42,103 nt of DNA, from positions 1 to 42,103 of the IMG/VR virus record IMGVR_UViG_3300045410_000017; one strand, written 5' to 3'. Both the position numbers and the translations under genes were made by a program. This document shows positions 8,596 through 16,846 of the stretch, piece by piece. This stretch comes from a virus (lineage: Duplodnaviria > Caudoviricetes). The notes below the pieces were generated by a model. That model had not been told where the DNA came from. It was given only the letters and a program-made list of their open reading frames with translations, and did not search any database. Every line of letters begins with the position of its first letter. The first letter of the stretch is position 1.

Positions 8596-9206
8596 CAGCG
8601 GAGAATCCCGCCGCCGGGAAGGATCGACCTAGGCGTGAACGGCGAAGAACCGATGGCGGCCTCGGCCTCGTCGGGCTGGAGCCCGAGCAGGATGAGGCGC
8701 TGGAACTCGGCGTCCCTGGCCTGGCGCTCTCGTTCGAGTTGGGCCTGGAGAGCGGCCTGGGCGAGGAGTTCCTGGTCCCGGCGGGCAGCGGCGGCCACAG
8801 CGGCCTGGCGCTCGGCGTAGGCGGCCTTGTACTGGTCGGTGATCTGGGAGGCGGCGGTGCGCTCCAGCGGCACGGCCTGGCGCACCTGATTGAAGTAGTT
8901 GCCGGCCACCTGGCCGAGCGCCCCGCTCTCGGAGGCCATCGTGTCCACCAGGCCCTTGCTGTTGGCGGCGTACGCCTGGCGGGCGCCGGCCCCGAGGGCG
9001 TCCAGTTCGGCCTGGCCCCCGGTTCCCACGTTCAGCGACGAACCGAAGCCAGCGTTCTCGGAGGAGGCGTCTGTCTGGATCTTGGCCCCCTCCTTCTGAG
9101 CGACGACGGCCGCTTCGAGGCCCCGGCGCCCGAACTGGGCGAGGGCGTCGAGGGCGCTCTTGCGCTCGGCGTCGACCGCTGCTTCTGCTCCGTCAAAGGC
9201 GGACAT
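8595..9206 (-). CDS. Internal virion protein, putative
   Basis: Ala/Gln-rich helical protein; SD GGAGG. Confidence 0.55.
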   Translation of the reverse strand: MSAFDGAEAAVDAERKSALDALAQFGRRGLEAAVVAQKEGAKIQTDASSENAGFGSSLNVGTGGQAELDALGAGARQAYAANSKGLVDTMASESGALGQVAGNYFNQVRQAVPLERTAASQITDQYKAAYAERQAAVAAAARRDQELLAQAALQAQLERERQARDAEFQRLILLGLQPDEAEAAIGSSPFTPRSILPGGGILR

Positions 9207-9208
9207 CT

Positions 9209-9622
9209 CTAGCCTCCGTAGGCCGACGTTGCGCCGGCAATGGTCTGGCGGGTGCGGGCGTCGAGCTGCTGCTGGGCGGCCCCGTACCGAAGGTCTGCGA
9301 TCTGGCGGGCGGCGGCGAGGGCGGACTCGGACTGCTGGTCGGCGCTCATAGCGAGGGCCTCGTTCTGCCGCAGGGCGACTTGGTTGCGGGCCAGCGCCAC
9401 GTTCCGGGCCGTTGCGCCCGAGCGGTACACGCCACGAGCCTCGGCCGAGTCCTGGGCCTGCTCGACGCCCTGGCGCTCCTGCTCCTGGAACGACGGGATC
9501 GACCGCTGGTACTGCCGGTCGGCCATGTCGGAGCGAATCCGGTTCTCGGCGTAGATGTTCTGCTCTTGGGTGCCCATCTGCCGCAGGAAGGCGGCGAGGG
9601 TCGAGTCGTAGCCGAATGCCAT
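9209..9622 (-). CDS. Internal virion protein, putative
   Basis: Gln/Ala-rich with ARGVYRSG motif; TAGACT 6 nt upstream of the ATG. Confidence 0.55.
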   Translation of the reverse strand: MAFGYDSTLAAFLRQMGTQEQNIYAENRIRSDMADRQYQRSIPSFQEQERQGVEQAQDSAEARGVYRSGATARNVALARNQVALRQNEALAMSADQQSESALAAARQIADLRYGAAQQQLDARTRQTIAGATSAYGG

Positions 9623-9638
9623 AACGCTAGTCTACCAC

Positions 9639-9887
9639 CTAGGTGATGTAGATGTACTCGTAGTCTGTGCCCTCAGAACCCAGGACAAAGGCGAAACCGA
9701 TATTGATGTATTCATACGCATATGCACCGTGGCGAGGGCCGGCGTATTTATAGAGTTTGCCGACGACGTTGGGTAGTGCGAAGAAGCCGATTTGGATATA
9801 CTCGTACGCCACCGCTTCATCAGTGAGCGTATCGAAGAACCCAATGCTGAGGTACTCGTACGCAGTTGCGTCAGGTGATGACGCCAC
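9639..9887 (-). CDS. Small repeat protein (four YEY(L/I)xI units), probable tail component
   Basis: AYEYLSIGFF / AYEYIQIGFF / AYEYINIGFA / DYEYIYIT; tail-gene context. Confidence 0.65.
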   Translation of the reverse strand: MASSPDATAYEYLSIGFFDTLTDEAVAYEYIQIGFFALPNVVGKLYKYAGPRHGAYAYEYINIGFAFVLGSEGTDYEYIYIT

Positions 9888-9888
9888 T

Positions 9889-10731
9889 CTATGTCCATGA
9901 TGCGGCTGTAGCTACAAACCTGGACCACCACAGCCCGGCAACGGCCGAGGGTGACGTGGCCCGCTTCACATACAGCGTGCCACTTAGAGCGCCGGGCGCT
10001 AGGTTACCTATGTTGATCGTGCCGAAATACGACACACCGTCCGTTGAGAATGTGTGCTGGGCGGCGGCGGTCGGTGATGCGTCTGTCAGTGCCTCGATGC
10101 TAATACCGATGCTGTTGGCCGTGAGCGTAGAGGAGTTGTTCTTGATTCTGAACGCCACGATGTTCGTAGCGCCACGGATGACATCACCCAAATCGAAGTA
10201 CGGACCAGTGACCTCAGCGTCCGTTGGGTCCTGCCAGAACTGGAGGCGATCAGGGTTCTCTCCAGAGGCGAGAGAACCGAACAGATGTACTGCGGAGAAG
10301 TCGTTGGAGCCACCGAACGTGCCGCCTGTGCCGTGGAAGCGCACGGCCTTGATGCCTGACCAACTGACAGATTGAACAGTACGGAGCCCCGCCCCGATTG
10401 TCGTGTTGACGAAAGTGCCCCGGCTCACCCAAGTGCCGTCGAACCCGTTGGTGGTGTCGACCGACGTATACACGGTGCTGGGCGAGGAGCCGTCTGTGCT
10501 AGAGTAGACAGCGGCGTAGCCACCGATGTCCCGCAACTCTGGGAAGATGACGGCGAGCGAAGTGGTCGCAGGGGCCATGTGCACGAAGTCGCTGGACTCG
10601 TTGTTAATGGTGACCATTTCGGCCCCGGTGAGTGCCGTGATGCCGCCGCCGGATGTGACAAAGGCACCAACCGACCCATCACGATCATGCGAGAATCGCC
10701 TGGCTGGTACGTCGGGATAGGTTCCTGCCAT
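9889..10731 (-). CDS. Tail/receptor-binding-type structural protein
   Basis: Ser/Thr/Gly beta-rich, downstream of the nozzle gene. Confidence 0.6.
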   Translation of the reverse strand: MAGTYPDVPARRFSHDRDGSVGAFVTSGGGITALTGAEMVTINNESSDFVHMAPATTSLAVIFPELRDIGGYAAVYSSTDGSSPSTVYTSVDTTNGFDGTWVSRGTFVNTTIGAGLRTVQSVSWSGIKAVRFHGTGGTFGGSNDFSAVHLFGSLASGENPDRLQFWQDPTDAEVTGPYFDLGDVIRGATNIVAFRIKNNSSTLTANSIGISIEALTDASPTAAAQHTFSTDGVSYFGTINIGNLAPGALSGTLYVKRATSPSAVAGLWWSRFVATAASWT

Positions 10732-11186
10732 TAGTTGAACGCTCCTTGCACAACAAGACCTGCGCCACCTGCGCCTGCGTTGCTCACGTACGATTGAAAG
10801 TAGTCGCCGTCACCATATGCGATGTTACCCGTCCATGTGACTGCTTGAGTGGTCGCAGGCAGCGTTAGAGTCAAGACAGCAATACCGTTCTTTAGAATAT
10901 CAACAATGATATCGGCTGATGCCAGGGCAAATAGATGCACAGAAACGTGGTTGAGCGTAATCGACTTGGATGCTCTGAACGCCTTAGAGTGGCCGACATA
11001 GATGACATCTCCGTGGTCAATGATGATTTCACCAACGCCACCGCTTCCACGGAGGAAATCCTCCAGGTCACGATCCCGCTGTTCAAGCAACTCAACGAGT
11101 TCGTCAGAGAGTTTGGGATCGAAATACTTGTTGATCTGTGCATAACGCTCCAAATACTGGAACGGCAGATTGTGTGTTGCGCCCAT
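10731..11186 (-). CDS. Tail structural protein
   Basis: N-terminal helix plus beta domain (IIVDILKNG...GDGDY...GAGLVV). Confidence 0.6.
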   Translation of the reverse strand: MGATHNLPFQYLERYAQINKYFDPKLSDELVELLEQRDRDLEDFLRGSGGVGEIIIDHGDVIYVGHSKAFRASKSITLNHVSVHLFALASADIIVDILKNGIAVLTLTLPATTQAVTWTGNIAYGDGDYFQSYVSNAGAGGAGLVVQGAFN

Positions 11187-12775
11187 TACTCACCGATCCG
11201 GGGGCCGTCCACATCCACGAGCACCTGCACTCGGTTGATCGCCACGCCCCGAATGTTCTGGAACTTGAGCTGGAGACCAGGCCCATCCAAACCGAACCCC
11301 ACGCCGCTGTATCGCTCACGGCGCCGTGTGCCTACGAGCGTGGCGGCCGACGCTGATCCCAGTTCATCAAACGTGATGGTCGAGCCGACCTGCGTGGTGT
11401 CACCGAACGTGCGAAGAATGTACGGCACGATCTCGAAGTGGTTGGTAGCCGGCGAGCCCGTGTTCCACGTTGTGAAGTCAACCACGATGTCCACCGGCCC
11501 TACGTCCATCCCGTCGTCGGCGTGCCACTCAGGGAGGGCAAACTCGGCGGCGAACGGTGTGGTCGTGTCATCTCCTGGCTGCTTAGCTGTGTCGCCTGTG
11601 AAGGCCGGGCGGTTGTTGTACGCCCTCCACTCGAACAGGCGAATGTTGCTGCCATCGTGAGACAAGAACTGGTGGCGGTCGGTGCGGCGCATCGAGATGC
11701 ACCAGCCCAACAGCGTGGTCGACGCCACGGCCCACTCGATCTTGTGCCATCCGCTGTTGCGGTACAGCATCGCCCGGTTCGGGGCCGTGTCGACACCGCC
11801 CTGCACGAGCCAGTCCTCGGGTCCACGGAGTGTGACGGCCTGGTAGGTGGGTGGGTGGGTCGTGTAGTTCTGCCCACTACCGAATGGCAGATGGCTAGCG
11901 TACTCCAGTGTCGTCCCGGTGAACAGGCCGAGGCTATGCACAGCGATCTCGCCCTCGTCCTCCCCGTCACGCTGCTGGAGCGAACCATGTACGAAAGCAA
12001 GGTTGCAGGATGGCTCGACAATCGTGCCCTGCGTAGGGTAAGTTGGGAACTCAGCCTTGGTGGGACGGCGCAGCGTGTCAGTGATGCCAGCCACGCCAGT
12101 CAGAATCCACCAGCCTTCGGTCGTGACGATCACGAGGTGCGTGCGCTGCGAGTACAGGCCAACGATGGCGCCGGTCACGTCGATGAAGTTGAGGAGCGGC
12201 CAGTCCTCGGGATCGGCCGGCTCGCTGTACCACAGGCGGTTCGCCGAGGCCGTGGTGCCGTCCGGCCCCTTGGGAACGCCGCCCGTGTCGCCACCACCAG
12301 CGAAGAATCGGTCGCCGTGCTGGATGAACGAGCGGCAACCCGGCCCGGTGGCGAGCTTGGTGAAGTTGCCGCCCGTGATCGTGTAGAGCCCGTTGCTGAC
12401 GATCGACAGGTACTCGATGTCCTCGTAGACGAGCGACTGGATCGGTTCGGTGGCGGCCGGGACGGCATCCACGGCCGTGATGTTGCTGACTGTGCCGTCG
12501 TCCGTGATGGTCTTGACCGAGCGAGATCCGGCGTTGTCCACCAGCACCCAAATATCAGAGTTGGTGCGTCGGCTGTACGCCCCGGCGCTCATCACCTGCC
12601 CAGTGATCGTAGCCGAAAGCACCACCTCAGACAGCCCATTGCGAGGGCCGAGCGACCCGTTGTCGTACTGCACGATGTTCTTGCCGGTGAACGTGCCAGG
12701 AGGGGCACGCCACGGCTCCAACACGCCGTAGTCGCCACCAGTGAAGTCGCTGTAGTCGATGACTCTCTGAGCCAT
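11186..12775 (-). CDS. Tail nozzle / head-stabilisation protein (P22 gp10 / T7 gp12-like)
   Basis: DFTGG N-terminus, RLWYSEPADPEDW, beta-propeller character; follows the adaptor gene. Confidence 0.75.
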   Translation of the reverse strand: MAQRVIDYSDFTGGDYGVLEPWRAPPGTFTGKNIVQYDNGSLGPRNGLSEVVLSATITGQVMSAGAYSRRTNSDIWVLVDNAGSRSVKTITDDGTVSNITAVDAVPAATEPIQSLVYEDIEYLSIVSNGLYTITGGNFTKLATGPGCRSFIQHGDRFFAGGGDTGGVPKGPDGTTASANRLWYSEPADPEDWPLLNFIDVTGAIVGLYSQRTHLVIVTTEGWWILTGVAGITDTLRRPTKAEFPTYPTQGTIVEPSCNLAFVHGSLQQRDGEDEGEIAVHSLGLFTGTTLEYASHLPFGSGQNYTTHPPTYQAVTLRGPEDWLVQGGVDTAPNRAMLYRNSGWHKIEWAVASTTLLGWCISMRRTDRHQFLSHDGSNIRLFEWRAYNNRPAFTGDTAKQPGDDTTTPFAAEFALPEWHADDGMDVGPVDIVVDFTTWNTGSPATNHFEIVPYILRTFGDTTQVGSTITFDELGSASAATLVGTRRRERYSGVGFGLDGPGLQLKFQNIRGVAINRVQVLVDVDGPRIGE

Positions 12776-13407
12776 TAGAACCCGGTCCAGATAGACTCTC
12801 TGACCCGCTTGATGCGGTGGGACTGTGTGTTGCGGTTGCGCTTGGCCTCACGAACGGCCTTGGAGCGCCAGTCGCCGGCCTCCTCTTTGAGAATAGCGTA
12901 CTTGGCCGGTGAGTTGGTACGGAACGCCAGGCGCAGGGCGGCCTCGGCCACCAGCCACGGACTGTAAACGTCGGGGAGAAGCGGCACGTCACCGTCCACA
13001 GCAAGGGCAGGCTCGGAACGGAAGTACACATGCGTGTACGATTCGGCGGTGGCGGGCGTCGGCCACAGATGGAAGTTGGCCCCGGCCAGGGCGAAGGACA
13101 GCGGCTCGGCCGACGCCTCGTCAGGGTCCACGAGATCGGCCAGCGAGCGTTCGCCAAGCGGAGCACGGCCGTCGATGGAGAAGTAGATAGTGCGAAGGTA
13201 GCCGTCCGGGATGGCGACCGTGTTGTCATCGGCCGTGGTGGAGGCGGTCTCGGTGGCAAACAGCCAGTGCCACTCCCACTCGGCGCTGATCGACTTGAGG
13301 GCGTCGTTTATGGCCGACAGGACCACGGCCACGGGAAGCGCAGCCGTATCCAGCTCGGCGAGCCCGAGCGTCCGGCGCACAGCCTTCTGGTATTCGAGGT
13401 TCGTCAC
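12775..13407 (-). CDS. Head-tail adaptor (tail tubular protein A-like)
   Basis: AINDALKSI..EWEWHWL, LWPTP and DVPLLP motifs; GTG coupled to the upstream stop. Confidence 0.75.
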   Translation of the reverse strand: MTNLEYQKAVRRTLGLAELDTAALPVAVVLSAINDALKSISAEWEWHWLFATETASTTADDNTVAIPDGYLRTIYFSIDGRAPLGERSLADLVDPDEASAEPLSFALAGANFHLWPTPATAESYTHVYFRSEPALAVDGDVPLLPDVYSPWLVAEAALRLAFRTNSPAKYAILKEEAGDWRSKAVREAKRNRNTQSHRIKRVRESIWTGF

Positions 13408-13829
13408 AGCATCGTCTCGAATCCTTCGGTGGTCACAGGGACACGACCTTTCCACGACTTGGACAGCATACGGTCGATTGCCAAGAACTTGGACTCGATC
13501 TCTCGGTCCTCTGCATCTTTCTGGACCTTGGCGTTGTGGCGGATGATCTCCTCCATCGGAGCGTGGCCACCACGGGTGTCACGCATCTGGAGGCGGTGGA
13601 TGATCTCTGGTGAGAGCACGGCATCGGGCCGAGAGCGGCAGATGCACACGGGAGGGGCGCCGTTCTCGGGCACCCGGAAGATGCTCCAGCTTCGGTCGCC
13701 GTTCTGCACGAGCGCCAGCCGGGGATCAAGGGCCTCTAGACGCTGAATGAAGTCCCGAGTCTCGGGGGCCATCCACACACGGGAGCCGTCCGGCAAGGAG
13801 GCCGGCGCAATCAGATTCAGGTCAGACAC
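13404..13829 (-). CDS. Hypothetical virion-arm protein (141 aa)
   Basis: SD GAAAGGA before GTG 13829; between capsid and adaptor genes. Confidence 0.7.
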   Translation of the reverse strand: MSDLNLIAPASLPDGSRVWMAPETRDFIQRLEALDPRLALVQNGDRSWSIFRVPENGAPPVCICRSRPDAVLSPEIIHRLQMRDTRGGHAPMEEIIRHNAKVQKDAEDREIESKFLAIDRMLSKSWKGRVPVTTEGFETML

Positions 13830-13850
13830 GGTGATCCTTTCGAGGGGGAA

Positions 13851-13897
13851 GATGAGTGTGGCCGGGGATCCCCCCGAAGCCCCGGCCACACGTCATC
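13851..13897 (-). terminator. GC-rich hairpin after the capsid gene
   Basis: Perfect 12-bp stem 13856-13867/13880-13891 extended by GATGA/TCATC; weak U-tract. Confidence 0.6.
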
Positions 13898-13916
13898 ATT
13901 CTGTTGTCTCGCTGGT

Positions 13917-15125
13917 CTAGGCGGCCAGGTTGACGATCTTGCCGTGGGCGTTGCGGTAGGATGTCGCTTGTTCGCTATACTTGAAGAGGGTTGCCCCGTA
14001 GCCATCCTTGCCGTTGCCGGTCACGATGCGCTGGAGCACGTTGCCGTCCTCCTCCATGAACTCCCAGTCCGACGCCTTGTACTCGGTGAGGGCCGAGCGG
14101 TTGACAGCGAACAGGGTCTGGACAGGAGCGTCTCGCAGGGTCGAGAGGACGAGCGTGCCGGAAGCGGTGCCCACCTCCAGGCCCTTGAAGCCACCGAACA
14201 GCTCACCGTCAGAGGTGAACCGGCGCTGGTCTGCGAGAGTCGCAGCGTAGACCCGAGCCTGGCGGTGATCGGTGATCGCCCAGTCCGGCACACCGAGAGG
14301 AGACACGATGTCAACCTCGTCAATGAGTTCCTCGATCAGGGCGTCCGAGATGGCCGCCGAGGAGGCGTCCTTCTCGTACGAAACCCACTCGGGGTACGTG
14401 GCCGGATCGACACCGAACAGGCTGCCGGTCGAGTCCACGATGGTCTGGAGACCGGTGATCTCACGCTGGTTGGCGCCGCTGCCGCCCGAGCCGGCCCGGA
14501 AGATCCGGTCGGTCGTGGCCGTGGTCACCGCAGCACCGGAAATGGTGAACACCGTGTCCGAGACGATCGCCGTGATGGTGCGGGCCGACGCAACGGCGGT
14601 GGGCGAAGCCACGGTGCCGATGTCGATGAGCATACCCACCTTGAGGTGGAGGCGCTGGGTCTTGGTTGCGGAGTGAACCACGTCGGTGTCGGCCGTAGTG
14701 ACGCCCGTGGCCGCAATCACGCCGTCCGAGGTGCTGAGGAGCTGACGCTCCGTGTCCCTCTTGAGGTCGGCGACGATGCCCTTGGTCTCAGACTCCAGTG
14801 CACGGAGCCACGAGCCGTTGTCCGACTTCATGGCCCGCATGACGGGGCCGCTGACCTGGATCTGGCCGTAGTTGTACTTGAGGTTCACTCGGGCCTTGAC
14901 GTAGGCCTGGTTGCCGGGAGCCGGCAGATCCTCAAGCTCCTTGCGGGCGCCGATGCCCTGGTTGCGTCCGACATGGAGGGAGAGGACGGCTTCGGTGCCT
15001 TCCACGTCCTCCGTGTTCTTCTCCAACTGGGCGAGATACTCGTTCTTGTTTACCAGTTGATCGTTAACCGTGGGGATATAGAATTCCTTTAGAACGCCAC
15101 TGGCGGTCGTCTTGTCAAGAGACAT
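13917..15125 (-). CDS. Major capsid protein
   Basis: LKEFY..VNDQL, HVGRNQGIGAR, EITGLQTIVD, RNAHGKI; follows the scaffold gene; SD AGAAAGG before ATG 15125. Confidence 0.9.
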   Translation of the reverse strand: MSLDKTTASGVLKEFYIPTVNDQLVNKNEYLAQLEKNTEDVEGTEAVLSLHVGRNQGIGARKELEDLPAPGNQAYVKARVNLKYNYGQIQVSGPVMRAMKSDNGSWLRALESETKGIVADLKRDTERQLLSTSDGVIAATGVTTADTDVVHSATKTQRLHLKVGMLIDIGTVASPTAVASARTITAIVSDTVFTISGAAVTTATTDRIFRAGSGGSGANQREITGLQTIVDSTGSLFGVDPATYPEWVSYEKDASSAAISDALIEELIDEVDIVSPLGVPDWAITDHRQARVYAATLADQRRFTSDGELFGGFKGLEVGTASGTLVLSTLRDAPVQTLFAVNRSALTEYKASDWEFMEEDGNVLQRIVTGNGKDGYGATLFKYSEQATSYRNAHGKIVNLAA

Positions 15126-15220
15126 GATGCAGTTACCTTTCTTGGGTTGTGAGTGAGAAACGGTCGCTGCATCAAGCAACTCAAGCCCAACACGGGTCCA
15201 GCCCCTATCGTGCTCTAAGG

Positions 15221-15724
15221 TTAGTGTACCACACGATACCGAGCCAAGTAGGCTGTCGCTCTCTCCCAGTGATCTTCAAGCCGCCCTAATGACGTATTGC
15301 ACGCAAAGCAAAGAAGCCCACGACGACACTGATCGCACGCTCGCCCAGGTGGGCAGCAGGCATGGTTGTGATCGACTGCTAGTTCTCTCGCAGCCCCTCG
15401 CACCTCGCCTCGGCGATGTTCGATTACCTCGCTGCACCCACATATCGCACAGAGTCCATCCTGCTCAGACTTCATGCTTTCGTATTCTCCGGGGGTGAGC
15501 CCAAGATGAGATAGTCGCTTCTCCGTGCTGCGAGCGAGCACGGCCTGTGGGTTGGCTTCTGCCCACGCCCTCGCCCGTTCCCGGTTCTTCGCCTGGAACT
15601 CTGGTGTATCCCGCACCTTCCGGTAGTACGCCTTCTGCCGCTCATTACAGCAGTCCCGGCACCTCCGCTCGGACGGCGAGAAGCCACATTCAGGGTCGAT
15701 ACGCTTGCAGGTGGAACAGGTCAT
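15221..15724 (-). CDS. Endonuclease VII-family HNH homing endonuclease
   Basis: QDGLCAIC, LAVDHNH, RGLLCFACNTSLG; lower GC; between scaffold and capsid genes. Confidence 0.9.
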   Translation of the reverse strand: MTCSTCKRIDPECGFSPSERRCRDCCNERQKAYYRKVRDTPEFQAKNRERARAWAEANPQAVLARSTEKRLSHLGLTPGEYESMKSEQDGLCAICGCSEVIEHRRGEVRGAARELAVDHNHACCPPGRACDQCRRGLLCFACNTSLGRLEDHWERATAYLARYRVVH

Positions 15725-15760
15725 GCAGACAGTCTACTACATCCCACTCTACATCCCAAC

Positions 15761-15804
15761 GCAAAGAGCCCCGGCCCGAGTGATCGGAGGCCAGGGCTCT
15801 CTAC
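15761..15804 (-). terminator. Hairpin downstream of the scaffold gene
   Basis: AGAGCCCTGGCC...GGCCGGGGCTCT stem on the minus strand. Confidence 0.5.
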
Positions 15805-15834
15805 GAGCGGTCCTAGGTAGCGGTGCCCGGAACG

Positions 15835-16710
15835 CTAAGCCTTACCCGCCTTGGCGGCCAGGTAGGCGGCGGCGGCCTTGCGGGCACCGCCCCAACCCAC
15901 AGGAACGCCTGCGTCGGGGTCGCCGGGAGCGTTCGGGGCGGACGGGGGAGCCCCGCCCGGCCACTTGTCGGCGTTCTCGGTGACCTTCGTGCGGTACTTC
16001 TCAACGATGGCCTGCTCGTACGCCTCGACCTTGGCGACCGCCTTGTCCATGTCGCCGGCCACGTCTGGCTCCATCAGAGACGACAGGAGCACCGTGTAGC
16101 CGGGGCTGTCGGGCGGGTAGCCCTTGTCGGTGGCCTCGGATTCGAGCTGCTTGAGGGCCTGCTCCTGGGCACGGGTCTGGTCCTTCTGGGCCTCCAGGCG
16201 CTCCCACTCCTTCTTGGTGAGAGGCTTCTCGTCGGGGTCCTCCTCGCCTGTGGGGCGCACGGGCGGGCCGTCAGCGTCGAGCACCTTGGCGGCGATCTCG
16301 GACAGCTCCTTGGCGGCCCGCTTCTGGGCTTTGGGGTCGGAGAGGTCGTGGAACATCTCCAGCAGGTAGTCGATCTCCTCGGGCTTGTAGCCGGCGAGGG
16401 CCGTGTCGAACTTCTCGACCTTGCCCTTGAGTTCCTTGGCCTCGACACGCCGGGCGGCGGCCTCGGCCCTGGTCTCCTTGAGGGCGGCTACCGCATCATC
16501 GACCGTGGCGAAGCCGTGGTCCGGCCCCTCGGGGGCGTCGGATGCGGGATCTGTCGGGGCCGGTGCACCCGTTTCCGGGGCGGCGGGGTCGGATGGCGGA
16601 TCGCCGGGTTCGGGACCGTCTCCTCCTCGGACGACAGGGACCGTGCGGCCATCGGTAGCGTCAATCCAGAACTTCCCGTCAGGGGAGAGAATCGGGTCTT
16701 GCACTGTCAT
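15835..16710 (-). CDS. Capsid scaffolding protein
   Basis: Acidic Pro-rich N-terminus, RAEAAARRVEAKELK coiled coil; between portal and capsid; SD AGGAGG. Confidence 0.85.
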   Translation of the reverse strand: MTVQDPILSPDGKFWIDATDGRTVPVVRGGDGPEPGDPPSDPAAPETGAPAPTDPASDAPEGPDHGFATVDDAVAALKETRAEAAARRVEAKELKGKVEKFDTALAGYKPEEIDYLLEMFHDLSDPKAQKRAAKELSEIAAKVLDADGPPVRPTGEEDPDEKPLTKKEWERLEAQKDQTRAQEQALKQLESEATDKGYPPDSPGYTVLLSSLMEPDVAGDMDKAVAKVEAYEQAIVEKYRTKVTENADKWPGGAPPSAPNAPGDPDAGVPVGWGGARKAAAAYLAAKAGKA

Positions 16711-16748
16711 TTCGGTAGCCTCCTGGGCTGTTGGGGATTTGCATTACA

Positions 16749-16795
16749 TCCACACTCTGAAAGATATCATCCAGAACGTGGACAGCGTCAGTATA
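16749..16795 (-). promoter_or_regulatory. TATACT -10 box and 13-bp leader hairpin of the scaffold gene
   Basis: AGTATA at 16790-16795 on +; stem 16749-16761/16770-16782 pairs fully on the minus strand using G-U. Confidence 0.55.
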
Positions 16796-16846
16796 CCTCA
16801 CTGTGGTGGTGGGGTATAAGGGATCACTGAGGCATTAGCACCACGC

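Noticed and set aside
15126-15834. Group I introns housing the endonucleases
   Set aside because: Capsid, portal, TerL and polA are intact ORFs and no intron core was seen; the endonucleases are free-standing.
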